This document shows, piece by piece, positions 51,601 to 64,000 of a stretch of DNA of 64,000 bases. Under the pieces are notes generated by a model. It was not told the origin of the DNA, made no database searches, and saw nothing but the letters and a program-made list of their open reading frames with translations. This DNA is from Nemertoderma westbladi (taxonomy: Eukaryota; Animalia; Xenacoelomorpha), in NCBI GenBank assembly GCA_032718475.1, contig JAUCBJ010007345.1, positions 30,294 to 94,293 on the forward strand, in the 5' to 3' direction. The position numbers and the translations under genes are program-made. Numbering within the stretch: position 1 is the first letter of the stretch; each line of letters starts with the position of its first letter.

Positions 51601-52130
51601 TTATACCACTCTTTGTAAGACGTGTTGTGCTGTGCTGGCAAAAAATTCAAATAGGCTAATATTTAAGGAAAATATAGCGTTTTTTTGTGATTCTCCTCAA
51701 AAATTTATATTTTTTTGAAAAAAACAGAGTTTACCTTACGTAGCTAATACAACTTAATTGAAACAGCATCTGCCATAGTCTACTAATTGAAACAGCATCT
51801 GCCATAGTCTACTATGTTAAAGACTTTACCGAACGGTTCTTGCCCCTCCCACTTACTATGGTTACCATTGTGTATATGTAACATATGTTACCGTTTTTTA
51901 TATGTAACATATGTGGTATAAGGCAAGTCCACAGAAGTAATTTAATTAATTCACATCTACTAGTTGGCGCTTGACCTTGAACCACAATAGGTAAAACCCG
52001 TCATAGTAAGTGGGTGGGCTGCAGACCTTTGTTAAAGTGTTTAACATGATAGACTATGACAGACGCAACAAATAAAAAATAAGGTAAATAAACAGTGACT
52101 AGCGCCAGACAACAATACTACAATTCTACA

Positions 52131-52313
52131 CTTATTGCTAAGCACCAACATGGGGCGAGCCACGAAGTGATTGAAGTCTTAGCATGTGGGTGCCATTGAC
52201 GAGTTGTCTGTCGTTGTCGTCATCGTTGTTGTTGTCTGTTGTCGTCGTCATCGTTGTTGTTGTCTGTCGTCGTCGTAAATTTTTGATTTTTGACTACTAA
52301 TTCGGTTATACTT
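52131..52313 (+). mobile_element. DINE-1/Helentron-associated-like element 5' end; second copy at 60383-60739
   Basis: GCTAAG..CTTAGC short inverted repeat followed by GTC/GTT microsatellite; class is inference. Confidence 0.45.
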
Positions 52314-52315
52314 GG

Positions 52316-53150
52316 CGTAGATATCCAAAAAATGCGAAGATGTGTGATGTTTATTCTCGCTGATTTGTTTTACTTGAGAATAATGATAATTCTACTTGAG
52401 AATAATGATAATTCTAATTTACTCATTGTTAAGTTACATAAAGATGTCACGGCATTTATTATTTGCTTTTTACGTTTATGGTCAACGTTCCTACCCACAC
52501 TTGGGTGTCGCTATTTCCCACCCCCATTTTTCTTACTTTTTGGCTTAGTAAATTCATTGTATACCCATTGGGCGATTTGTCGTGGCTTTGGGTGAGGTTC
52601 TAATCGTGTAGCCACTTTATTCATCAAATCATTGGCCTTACTGCGTAAAATAAGTATTCCTTTGTGAATTATATATTTATGCGCGACTTTTGCCACTTTG
52701 GGAAGTGCTTTAGTTAGCACCTTTCTCCCTAATTTGCGCGCTAATACACTGAGACCAGCTGTTAATATTCCTCTCCCACGCTGTCGCTTTCGACCATATC
52801 ATCGGTTGAATTTATTATTCTTATTATTCCGTATACCAGTAAAGCCCGGGAGAATGCTTCCACCCTTAAAAACCGATATATCATTATACTTCCCGCTTCC
52901 AAACTGGATTTTGGGGGTGCTATATAATGAACAAATTAGAATCTGACGTTATTTTATTGATATTATAGTCTATAATAATTCTTTACTACATACGTATATG
53001 TACAATCAATAAATATTAGTACTATATAATAACACAATAATTATATACACATTAATTTGACAACCATTCCCCATAACCAGCGACAAGTTTCACCGAACAA
53101 TAATTAAAACAATTATCATTATTATCAGAATGATAGGCATTTATCAGAAA
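52316..53150 (-). mobile_element. Polinton family B third fragment (DEDD 3' end, pVII-like, MCP 5' end)
   Basis: Diverged homolog of about 16535-17340. Confidence 0.82.
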
Positions 53151-53364
53151 ATTTAAATTCCTTATGTTGAGATTTTCGAGGTGAGATCCTTCTTTTGTAG
53201 CATATCATACTGATAGTAATGCTTCAATGTAATCACAAAAAGGATCACTTGATCTTTTTGAAACTCGTGAACCACTGGTGACATGAATGGTACATGTATG
53301 TTCTTTCTTGGTAAAACTTCCATCTCAGATTTATCTGAGATAGATTTATCCACTGGCCTATACA

Positions 53365-54222
53365 ATAACTACTGCTAGGATCGGCATGCTGCATTGCAGC
53401 TGCATTTTTAAGAATGCTGTGCCGGCTTGTCAACAAAAAAATTGCACCGCCACAACTCCCTATCAACCATGACATTTGCTAGATCATCCGCATCTTTAAG
53501 GCCAGTGTCCTTTAAGATGCGTCTCAAGAAAGTCATGGGCTGTCCACCATGTTTATTCACTCCATGAGGCTGCCAAAGTACAAGATTGTGCACTGGCTGG
53601 TCCTCACGGCGAAAGCAATGTCCTGCAAAGCGGATTTTAGCGATTTTGTTCTAGTGTCAAGCTTGGGGGAACCAATGAGACACCTCCAATGTTATATAGT
53701 GTCTGGTTGGAGATGTGTGCATTGTACTTGACACAATGTACCCGGCGTAGCATTCTTGTGAATGTTCCATCCAGAGATTTGGTGTCCTCAGCAGTTAGAG
53801 CCCAGCATGGACTCCCGTAGAGGAGTACTGGAACTACTGCTGCTCTAAATAATCGGACCTTAAGTTTCCGATTAATTCTAGGTGACTTCCAAATCCTGGA
53901 AAGCCTATTCAAGGCTGCCCATGCCTTTCCCTTACGTATTCGAAGGTCCTCACCTGACTTCCGGATCCATGATCCCAGGTAACAGAAGTCGTCCACATGC
54001 TCAAGCATACCATCCTTTGAGCTTATGCTCATCCGATCAGAGACTTGCTGTGGACTTTCAAAGTTAACTGTCAGAATTTTGGTCTTTCTGGAGTTAATAA
54101 AAAGACCAACACTAGAAGCAGCATGTTCTAATGAGCTGAGGAGCCGCTGGGCTCCCTCTAATGATTCTGAGAGTACTCCTAAGTCATCAGCAAAGTCTAG
54201 ATCGGTTAGGTACTTGGCAGGA
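53365..54222 (-). mobile_element. RTE-clade LINE 3' portion (RT C-half and tail)
   Basis: LDFADDL, FCYLGS, K.RLF.A.V..VLLYG, MLRR, R..FAGH; tail ..CCTAGCAGTAGTT. Confidence 0.9.
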
Positions 54223-54696
54223 TTATTATCACTATACAATAAACTCGACTGTGAAGTAGCAGTTGATATAAGTTCACTTGTAAAACAGTAAATACGCTTA
54301 GTATTTCACCAATATCAGCTTTCTTCTGAAGAGTGACATAATCTTCAGTAGTAACTTGATCTGATGCAACCTTTTTCATTTCACCTCTTAAATACTCAAT
54401 AACAGCTTTTATCTGATATATTAAGGGCTACATAATTAATTCCTTTGTACATTGTTATAATAGTACAAGACTAGGTTTCTTCATTTACCATGGCTATAAT
54501 ACAGTCAGATAAGGAAAATATCTGTTATCATTTTTCTCATCATTCCACTTATTCAACAGCTATTCAACTTCCGAGCTTGTTAGAATAAAACCAATATAAT
54601 ATTTTAAGCCCACTCCATCAGCATATCTTGCTGAAATTTTCCAATGGCCTAAGTAAACTTTACCTTTAAAATACTGATAAATAAACAATTATGGAT

Positions 54697-55500
54697 GGTT
54701 TCTGAGGAGGGCTTCCAACAGGGGGACCTTTAGCTGTCTTTGGATTTTGCCTAGGACTCCACCCGGATCTTGACAAATTCCGGACAAAATTCAAAGCAGG
54801 GTATATTGATGACGTTACATTCCAAGGTACACCATTCCATTCCATTCCGAGGTACACTCCAATCACAGCATGTAACAACATAGGGCTATCTCTTGAGGAG
54901 TCAAAATGTGAGCTAACCATCATTGGGGACAAGTCAGGCGAGGAAAATCCAATCTTCACTTCAATCCAGAAGATCTGTTCTGGAATCAAGTTCACTAGAT
55001 CAGAGGATTTATAGCTACTTGGTGCCCCCATTATTGGCCCTGAAGCCCTCTCCAATGTCATCTCTAAGAAGTTGGACAACCTCAGTCTGTTTCACAATCC
55101 TATGTCTCCTTGACAACCATATGACGCCTTTTTCCTCCTCAAAAACTGTCTAGACATACCCAAACTTACATACATGCTCCGTTCATCACCAACTTTTAAG
55201 AAACCCCATCTACTTAGCAAGATTGACAACAGTATAAGGGAGTCTCTAGAAGAGATAATGAACATTAAACTGGAATCTGAAACCTTGGAGCACGCAATCC
55301 TTCCTTGTCGACGCGGTGGCCTTGGAATCCCTTCTGTGACAGAAACTCCGCCTTGTGCATACTTGGGACTGGCTCCACACCTTGCCATCTTCCTTCCTCC
55401 CTTGGCCTGAAATTATCTAATGAAGAGTTTGGAATCGCTGTTGCTCTACAGCCAACAAGCTGCTTGTGCTGCTGCACAAGTTTGTATCCCACACCCTTGC
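54697..55500 (+). mobile_element. CRE-clade-like non-LTR retrotransposon RT fragment
   Basis: G.QQG.PL..F.FCL, YIDD, LLGAPI, AFFLLKNC..PKLTY.LR, LPCRRGGLG. Confidence 0.72.
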
Positions 55501-55514
55501 GTGTGTGCCTTGAA

Positions 55515-56105
55515 GGTTATGGTAATTATATTAACTATTTAGCGCATTGCCCACTCATATCCTGGGATTTAACAGCTGATGGTTATGTTAGAGACCCTCA
55601 ACCATCGATATATATTAATGGTCAATTAAAATTAAAATTTGCTGATCTATTGGCTGAGACCATAAATGTAATAGTTTTTAATATTTATGATCAATCATTA
55701 AGTTTAAATAGTAGGAAAGAAATACATATCGATTAAGTATGTTATCTACTGAGGACTTGGATATGTTTCCAGTAGGGGCTCACTATTTAGGGATATGTTT
55801 CCAGTAGGGGCTCACTATTTAGGACCATTTCCCTCTAATAAATTACCCGAATTAGATAACAAATGGATAGACTATGGGTTAATAGTAAATAATGATAAAG
55901 CACATCTACCATCTAATGAGGCTGAATTGTTTAATTCATTTGGACCAAAATATCCAAACAGATGTATTGAAAAATGGCTTGAGAGAAATTCAACAAGATG
56001 GTGGTGTACTACGCGTAGCCAATTTCAAGATCCAGGACTTCCTGTGGTCTATACTATACTGTCTTTATTACTTGGTAAATCGAAATCATACAAAGTATCC
56101 AATGA
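55515..56105 (+). mobile_element. Polinton family A third fragment (MCP 3' end and decayed protease)
   Basis: Matches about 6410-7250 without the LINE; 30-bp local duplication at 55760-55822. Confidence 0.87.
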
Positions 56106-56116
56106 GTGTGTGCGCC

Positions 56117-56410
56117 ATCTGGGGTGGCGGCACCATCCTGGACGGGGCCTGGGGGGGGGGGGGGGGCGGCATCTCCGTGAGAGGGGCCTGGGGGGGCGGC
56201 ACCTCCGTGGGTGGGGCCTGGGGGGTCGGCATCTCCGTGAGCGGCGCCTGGGGGGGGGGCGGCTTCTCCGTGAGTGGGGCCTGGGGAGGCGGCATCCGTG
56301 AGCGGCGCCTGGGGGGGGCGGCTTCTCCGTGAGTGGGGCCTGGGGAGGCGGCATCCGTGAGCGGGGCCTGGGGGGGGGGGGGCGGCATCTCCTTGAGCAG
56401 GGCCTGGGTG
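56117..56410. repeat. G-rich minisatellite, about 30-bp unit
   Basis: Unit ggggcctg(g)n cggcatctccgtgag, about 9 copies. Confidence 0.9.
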
Positions 56411-57583
56411 GGAGGAGCAACTGGAGCAACAACTATGAGAGAATTAAAAACAGATGTTTTTTCAATAATAATATATTTATTATAACTTTCTATACCTATC
56501 ATATTACTATTGCCATCGATAATAAATTTACATTATAAAACTTTCCCTTTTTATTTATATGCAGCAATTGTAGCAACTGTAGTAATTGTAGCAACTACTA
56601 CTTCTATTGTATAGTTATTTACTTTCCATTACTTTAATATTACAGTTATACATAGTGATGTATATTCGTTTTTTTGTAATTTAATTTTTCGCCATCCTAA
56701 AATTTTAAATTTTCAAAAAATATTACACCAGGGACACAAAACAAATTGATATTATTTGGATTAAATTTTCTCGATCAGGGCATTTTGAAGTCCGGCCCTC
56801 CCATTATTTCTTAACTCTGCCTATGGTCCTGTCAGTTTTAGAACTGCTCCTAACAACTGATTCGGGTAGATGTAACCAAAACAATAAATTATACAATTTT
56901 AAAAAATATTATTTTAAAAAAGGATATATTAAATATTCTCGTGTTTTGTTAATAGTAAATTTATATACCTTGTATTTGCCGAAATTGATATTGTATATTA
57001 GTGGGCGTTATTGATGTTACATGGAGCCGGGCAGGTTCCCACTCCTTTGCTCCCTCACTTCTTTCTGGCTGAGCTGCCGACTTCCGCCACCCCGTCGCAT
57101 CCCAGCCATTTCCTTCAGCCTCGTACGTATCGTCACTTGCGCACGGATATGTCTCCTCAGATCCACGTTTGGAAATGGCTGATTCCGGGTCTAAATAATA
57201 TTAAATTAATTACATATCTTTTCTGAAAACACATTGTTCAGGAATACGATACAATTAAATTAAATTTATTTCAAACATATTTATTGTAAGATATTAAACT
57301 TTGTAAATAATTATTAAAAAAATATAATAAACTTACGGTTAGTGTATACTCGTTGGAAAATAATAAAGTAAACAATTTAGAGTGGAACGGATGCTGTTGA
57401 ACCACTTCCCCCTCCTTATTGATAGATCCCGGTATAGTTAATTTAGCTTTTATAGTCCATATCGAAGTGAATGATAACTTCGCATACGGGCCCGAAACCC
57501 CGTCGCAAATCGCTCCTTTGCAGGAGGATTTCATTGTAATCTAAAAATTTAATAATTATCATTATAACAAAACAAAATAATCA

Positions 57584-58287
57584 GACCTTAAATTTCCGAT
57601 TAATTCTCTGTGACTTCCAAATCCTGGACAACCTATTCAAGGCTGCCCAGCCCATGCCTTTCCCTTACGTAATCGAAGATCCTCACCTGACTTCAGGATC
57701 CATGATCCCATGTAACAGAAGTCGTCCACATGCTCAAGCATACCATCTTTTGAGCTTGTGCTCATCCGATCTGAGACTTGCTGAGGACTTTCAAAGTTAA
57801 CTGTCAAAATTTTGGTCTTTCTGGAGTTAATAAAAAGACCAACACTAGATGCAGCATGTTATAATGAGCTGAGGAGCCGTTGGGCTCCCTCTAATGATTC
57901 TGAGAGTACTCCTAAGTCATCAGCAAAGTCTAGATCAGTTAGGTTCTTGGCAGGATTTCCTCGACTTCTGGAGCCAGTAGGTGGAGTTATCATCACACCA
58001 TCATCACTATGATGATCTAAGGACATGCGTAGAACATAGTCAACCACAATAATGAACAAGAATGGTGCAAGTGTGTCTCCTTGGAGGATGCCCCATAACA
58101 CTTCAAATGGTTCTGTGTCACCGTCAACAGTAGATACAAATGTTGTCGAACCATCGTATACTGATCTGATTGCTGCAATAATTTCATCAGGAATCCCATA
58201 TAATGAAAGTATGCTGAACATATGTGAGCGAGAGACTGAATCAAAGGCCTTGAAGAAGTCAGCAAAGATAACAGGCCTAAGATAACA
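57584..58287 (-). mobile_element. RTE-clade LINE RT fragment
   Basis: FADF.KAFDS, GILQGDTLAPFLF, LDFADDL. Confidence 0.9.
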
Positions 58288-58289
58288 GT

Positions 58290-60367
58290 CAGTACTAAGC
58301 GCGGGTGGGATGGGGAAGGTGTTAAATTAACCACAGTACTAAGCGCGGGTGGGGTGGGGAAGGTGTTAAATTAACCACAGTACTAAGCGCGGGTGGGGTG
58401 GGGAAGGTGATAAATTAACTTAAATCAACCACAGTACAAAGCGCGGGTGGGATAGGGAAGGTGTTAAATCAACCACAGTACTAAGCGCGGGTAGGGTGGG
58501 GAAGGTATTAAATTAATCACAGTACTAAGCGCGGGTGGGGTGTGGCGGGGGTTAAATCAACCACAGTACTAAGCACGGGTAGGGTGGGGAAGGTGTTAAA
58601 TTAATCACAGTACTAAGCGCGGGTGGGGTGTGGCGGGGGTTAAATTAACCACTGTACTAAGCGCGAGTGGGGTGAGGAAGGTGTTAAATTAACCACAGTA
58701 CTAAGCGTGGGTAGTGTGGGGAAGGTGTTAAATTAACCACAGTACAAAGCGCGGGTAGGGTGGGGAAGGTGTTTAATTAATCACAGTACTAAGCGCGGGT
58801 GTGGTGTGGCGGGGGTTAAATTAACCACAGTACAAAGCGCGGGTGGGATGGGGAAGGTGTTAAATCAACCACAGTACTAAGCGCGGGTGGGGTGTGGCGG
58901 GGGTTAAATTAACCACAGTACTAAGCGCGAGTGGGGTGAGGAAGGTGTTAAATTAACCACAGTACTAAGCGCGGGTAGGGTGGGGAAGGTGTTAAATTAA
59001 CCACAGTACAAAGCGCGGGTGGGATGGGGAAGGTGTTAAATCAACCACAGTATTAAGCGCGGGTGGGGTGGGGCGGGGGTTAAATTAACCACAGTACTAA
59101 GCGCGAGTGGGGTGAGGAAGGTGTTAAATTAACCACAGTACTAAGCGCGGGTAGGGTGGGAAAGGTGTTAAATTAACCACAGTACAAAGCGCGGGTGGGA
59201 TGGGGAAGGTGTTAAATCAACCACAGTATTAAGCGCGGGTGGGGTGGGGCGGGGGTTAAATTAACCACAGTACTAAGCGCGAGTGGGGTGAGGAAGGTGT
59301 TAAGTTAACCACAGTACTAAGCGCGGGTAGGGTGGGGAAGGTGTTAAATTAACCACAGTACAAAGCGCGGGTGGGATGGGGAAGGTGTTAAATTAACCAC
59401 AATACTAAGCGCGGGTGGGGTGGGGCGGGGGTTAATTAACCACAGTACTAGCGGGGGTGGGGTGGGGAAGGTGTTAAATTAACCACACTAAGCGCGGGTG
59501 GGGAAGGGCGGTGGTTAAATTAACCACAGAACTAAGCGCGAGTGGGGTGAGGAAGGTGTTAAATTAACCACAGTAGTAAGCGGGGGAGGGATGGGGAAGG
59601 TTTTAAATTAACCACAGTACTAAGTGCGGTTGGGGTGGGGCGGGGGTTAAATTAACCACAGTACTAAGCGCGAGTGGGGTGAGGAAGGTGTTAAATCAAC
59701 CACAGTACTAAGCGCGGGTGGGGTGTGGCGGGGGTTAAATTAACCACAGTACTAAGCGCGAGTGGGGTGAGGAAGGTGTTAAATTGACCACAGTACTAAG
59801 CGCGGGTATGGTGGGGAAGGTGTTAAATTAACCACAGTACAAAGCGCGGGCGGGATGGGGAAGGTGTTAAATCAACCACAGTATTAAGCGCGGGTGGGGT
59901 GGGGCAGGGGTTAAATTAACCACAGTACTAAGCGCGAGTGGGGTGAGGAAGGTGTTAAATTAACCACAGTACTAAGCGCGGGTAGGGTAGGGAAGGTGTT
60001 AAATTAACCACAGTACAAAGCGCGGGTGGGATGGGGAAGGTGTTAAATTAACCACAATACTAAGCGTGGGTGGGGTGGGGCAGGGATTAATTAACCACAG
60101 TACTAGTGGGGGTGGGATGGGGGAGGTGTTAAATTAACCACAGTACTAAGCGCGGGTGGGGAAGGGCGGTGGTTAAATTAACCACAGTACTAAGCGCGAG
60201 TGGGGTGAGGAAGGTGTTAAATTAACCACAGTAGTAAGCGGGGGTGGGATGGGGAAGGTTTTAAATTAACCACAGTACTAAGCGCGGGTGGGGTGGGGCG
60301 GGGGTTAAATTAACCACAGTACTAAGTGCGGGTTGGGTAGGGCAGGTGTTAAATTAACCACAGTACT
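58290..60367. repeat. 44-bp satellite, about 47 copies, with higher-order structure
   Basis: Consensus CAGTACTAAGCGCGGGTGGGGTGGGGAAGGTGTTAAATTAACCA. Confidence 0.97.
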
Positions 60368-60382
60368 ATTACTATTACTACT

Positions 60383-60739
60383 GGGACGAGCCACGAAGTG
60401 AGCGAAGCCTTAGCATATGGGTGCCATTAACGAGTTGTCTGTCGTTGTCGCCTGTCGTTATCGTCGTAAATTTAATCGCTAATAAAGTAGAAGTCGCTAA
60501 TAACTCGGTTATTCCTTTATGGAATTAAATGAAACTTGGTACGTATCCGTAGCCCGGGTACGTAGTACGGACGTAGTCCGGGCCAAGTTTAGAAAGAATC
60601 GGAAGTTTGGTAAAAAACGAACGAACGCAACGAGTTTACAGTGGATACGAGAATCCATCTGCCATAAATCAGCAGTTACTCTCACAGTTTCGAGACTTTG
60701 CATAGTTATAAATGTCGTTAGTCTCCGTTTAGGAAAATT
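60383..60739 (+). mobile_element. DINE-1/HINE-like element fragment
   Basis: Homologous to 52152-52310; GTC microsatellite; ATGAAACTTGG motif. Confidence 0.45.
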
Positions 60740-61972
60740 TGTTCGCGCTTTCAGACCTTTGGCAGTTTAACCCACCAAATTAAGATGTCTTCTAGATATT
60801 AAATCTGCTTTTAGTCTATGACAAGTATTTGATTTACTACACTAGTCGAAACCAATCCGTGCGCGACCATTCACCCGCTGGATATTCCCGGGAGATTGGG
60901 TTCGACGGTTTAATTTTTATTGCTATGTAAGCCTAATGTATTATTCGACTGACAGTATTATATAATCTCTGACAATATTATTCACCTTCGGTAATATTAA
61001 CAGTTCCTTTAGGACGTGGCGCTTTATCTATATAAACAGAGTTATGACTTAAACTACTCACAACGATATGGCTTAATTATAATTCACATATATGGCGCAT
61101 TCTTTAGGAATTGCTTCTTTAACAGACTCACTCATACACAATGCTGCACAATACTGCATACTAATCTGCCAATCTTCACTGATTTTAGTCACATATAAAA
61201 GGAACACAGGCTGACTCATGTAGGGTCTATCAAATAACATTAGATTCACTTCAAACCACTTTAACATAAGTCACAATCGTTATTGGTAACCTTTCTCTCT
61301 TACCTTCGGTATATCAAGAATATTGGGTTGCGGGGTTATTTATCGTTATTCCAAATATAATAATTCATCAACCATATTATGAAGAACTGACAGTAAATAG
61401 CAGTATAAAACAACAACTGAACAGTTAGGTAGATCGGTACGTCAGTACCGGTATGTCAGCAGTGAGATATTTACAGGTAAGTCGTTTGGTATGTTAAAGG
61501 ATATATGCCCTTTATAATTAAACCTACTAGTGTAAGACTAAAAAGCAGTACAGCACAAAATACTTCCAAGCCGTTCTTTCTTTGGCTCAAGACTGAATGT
61601 AAACACTGCACATAGGCATTGCGTCATTTCTCGGAAATTTTCTGTACAAGGAGCCACAAAAACGCTCTCATTGGCTGACTGAACTGAGAGACGCCGTAGA
61701 ACAAAGGAAATCAACACGTATGAATGTCAGCTGTTAACCGTAGTCATAGTAACTACTGTTCAAGAGTAGCTATCACCCTTTTGCGTCACGAATTGCCATA
61801 GAATCATAAAATATGCCTTTCACAGTACACATACGGAGGAAATAGGTCTTAGATCCTCTAAAAACACCGATACAGCAATAATACGGTCTCTTACACTTAT
61901 TAAATCAACTACAGAGTATTTTAATGTAAAAGATAATAAAAATAACGGGGCAATTCAGCAAAGGCTTTTACA
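60740..61972 (-). mobile_element. Putative 3' LTR (about 1.23 kb)
   Basis: On minus strand: purine-rich GGGAGCGG then TGTAAA...GCGAACA; homology to 10345-11087 stops exactly at ACA. Confidence 0.65.
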
Positions 61973-62050
61973 CCGCTCCCAGAAAATGGGATTTTCAGTC
62001 TATAAAATATAAAAATCACAGTTTCTAAAACATAAAGATACTCTAAACAG

Positions 62051-64000
62051 CTAGTCTTTCTTGCGCGGACGGCGTTTACGCAGTTTCTTAAGATTAACAA
62101 GAGTCCTTTTCTCTTTGGGGCGAGCCACTTTACGAGGAGGGCTGTAGCTCCTAGGCGAAGGGTGCAATATAATTGCATCAGAAGGTGCAGGGTTACGATC
62201 GGTATACCCGCCGGTCGAGGTACCTGGTTGATTAATATCAACCTCAGTGGAGTGAGGTCTAACGGCTTTTAGAGCGCGTCTCAGGACAGCAGCTTCTACG
62301 GGTCCTTGACGGGTCGTCTGGACACTAGCGGTGGGTGGACCGTGAGTGGTGAGGAACTTTCTCGGTTTAATGGTTCTCTCCAGCTCGCGTTCTCGGGTTC
62401 GGTATTCATATGGGCGCCGAGATACTTCCTGGAGTTCAGGATGCGAGTTCACGAAAATGTCGCCATACTCAGGGTCCTGACGGATATAATTGATCAGGTG
62501 ATATGTGGTTATATCATTAGGATTAACGTTTCTCAGGTATTTCCTGACAAACTTGGTGGAAATACACTCACCAACACGCTTCATTAACTCGTAACTTGGT
62601 ACGCGTGTTTTCTGTTCAATCGACGCGAATAGATAAGGATGGAACGCGTAAACTCCCTCGTAAGCTCGTCCAGGGTAATAGCGATGTCTGGATTCGCAAT
62701 GTAAATCTGCGTTCGCTTCCCAAGCTCGGATGTATCGCAGGGTGATCATCTCGTCTACGCTCTCTAAATCGCGATTAAAGGGACAATTGTAACTTTCGTG
62801 TCCTTTAAGTTGGCAGTAGTGACATTGAGTCATAAACTGTGGGCAGACGGCAAATATATGAGAGTTATTAAGCCGGCAATAAGCACAATATATTTCCATC
62901 ATCGGTTGTTCGAGGAAATAGGAACAAGGTACGCTCGAGTCGAGAGGAGTGAAGTGGTCTCTCGATGCGCATAATCGACAACGTTTTCGGGAAACGTAGT
63001 TGGCGTGTCGATAATCGTACGCTGTGAGACGCTGTGGACCTTGATACCACTCTATGACATAATCATTGTCACTGCTCCGAGAAGCCGTAGGTTGAATCGC
63101 TTCGGATTCCAAGCATACTGGTTCATCCTCCAGCTGCATAGACGAAGTTGGTGCGTCGGTTTCCGTAAGTGGACCCACTGTCTGTATTTCCACGACAGAA
63201 TAACCTGTAGGTATTCGGGGTCTTTGTATAACGGATGAATGTGAGTTCTGTATACAAATGTCTTGAAACACGGCAAATCCAGCGCTACTCAGTTTCTCCG
63301 CAGCTGAGTCTCTAAGACTGAGCTTGGTCAGCGCGCGATCTTTGAACTGACTATCGACGTTACGGAACGGAGTCAGAAAGCGCCGGAAACATTCGAAACG
63401 TATAAACTTATTGTGTTCGTCTAACTTGGCGAGTTTAGTTCCAAGTATTAACGGGTGAGCGCGTATGGTACGACTGCACACATCGGCTAGCCAACCGGCA
63501 AGTGCTGCGTTTTCAAAGATCGTGTATATAGCTAAGGAAGGGCGAAGTGGAACACTCATAAAGCTATATACGGCACCAGGCGCAGTTAATGGTCCATCAA
63601 AATATAAACGGGAGTAATGATCTCCATATACTTGCTGGTAATTTATAGGATTTCCAACTTTGAAATTCCAACCATATTCTTGAAAGGCAAGATGTCCGAT
63701 GGATGTCCGTTGTACTTTAGTAATGCCGCTGGGTGTATTGGCATACATAGTGCGAAAGAAACCTCGGCCTTCGGCCCAAGGAGCAATCAGCTGAGTATCA
63801 TCGAAAGGGTATGGAATGTTCTCCATATTCCTGTTGTATGCCCAATATGTTTTCCGACAGTGACATTGATGGTAGTGGTAGAGAGCAGGGGGAGACCTAG
63901 ATCGTATTCAGAAGTATTCCGAAATACGAGCTCAGTAGGAGGATTGTTACATTCGAGGACTATCTCCAACTGAATTTATCCTCAGTGCGATGAGGGAAAC
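62051..64000 (-). CDS. LTR-element 3' ORF: C-half of DEDDy-like domain plus three Zn knuckles; 5' part degenerate and runs off window
   Basis: ORF 62051-63826; N-term aligns by eye with 32324 ORF; CRLC...H...C, CAYC...H...C, CHYC...GH...C; stop about 80 bp before LTR. Confidence 0.65.

Noticed and set aside
53150-54690. Possible host exon or transposase around the RTE insertion
   Set aside because: Short broken frames with no recognisable motif; cannot be assigned
55892-56538. Gly-rich and Pro-rich (formin/extensin-like) ORFs
   Set aside because: Translations of the G-rich minisatellite
58290-60367. CRISPR array or telomeric repeat
   Set aside because: No unique spacers, no cas genes, eukaryotic context; unit is 44 bp rather than a short telomere motif

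Overview
Eukaryotic (probably invertebrate) repeat graveyard with no recognisable host gene. The AT-rich backbone is several decayed, nested copies of two Polinton/Maverick (adintovirus-like) endogenous virus families. Family A (+ strand: packaging ATPase, core proteins, integrase, two minor capsids, major capsid, adenain protease, DEDD-like protein) occurs at 0.6-10.3, 33.6-43.1 and 55.5-56.1 kb; the 33.6-43.1 kb copy adds convergent minus-strand pPolB and a TBP-like gene. Family B (- strand, different gene order) occurs at 15.6-21.0 and 52.3-53.2 kb. Inserted into this are one complete young BEL/Pao element (43345-50031), three partial LTR elements, RTE- and CRE-type LINE fragments, P-, piggyBac- and Sola1-like non-autonomous DNA transposons, and a 44-bp satellite ending in a Polinton-like ACTACT terminus. 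Two observations stand out: two different LTR elements carry homologous extra 3' ORFs resembling a DEDDy 3'-5' exonuclease (one fused to three Zn knuckles), and a two-repeat TATA-binding-protein-like pseudogene overlaps the end of the Maverick pPolB. All calls are by-eye motif recognition; no searches were run.
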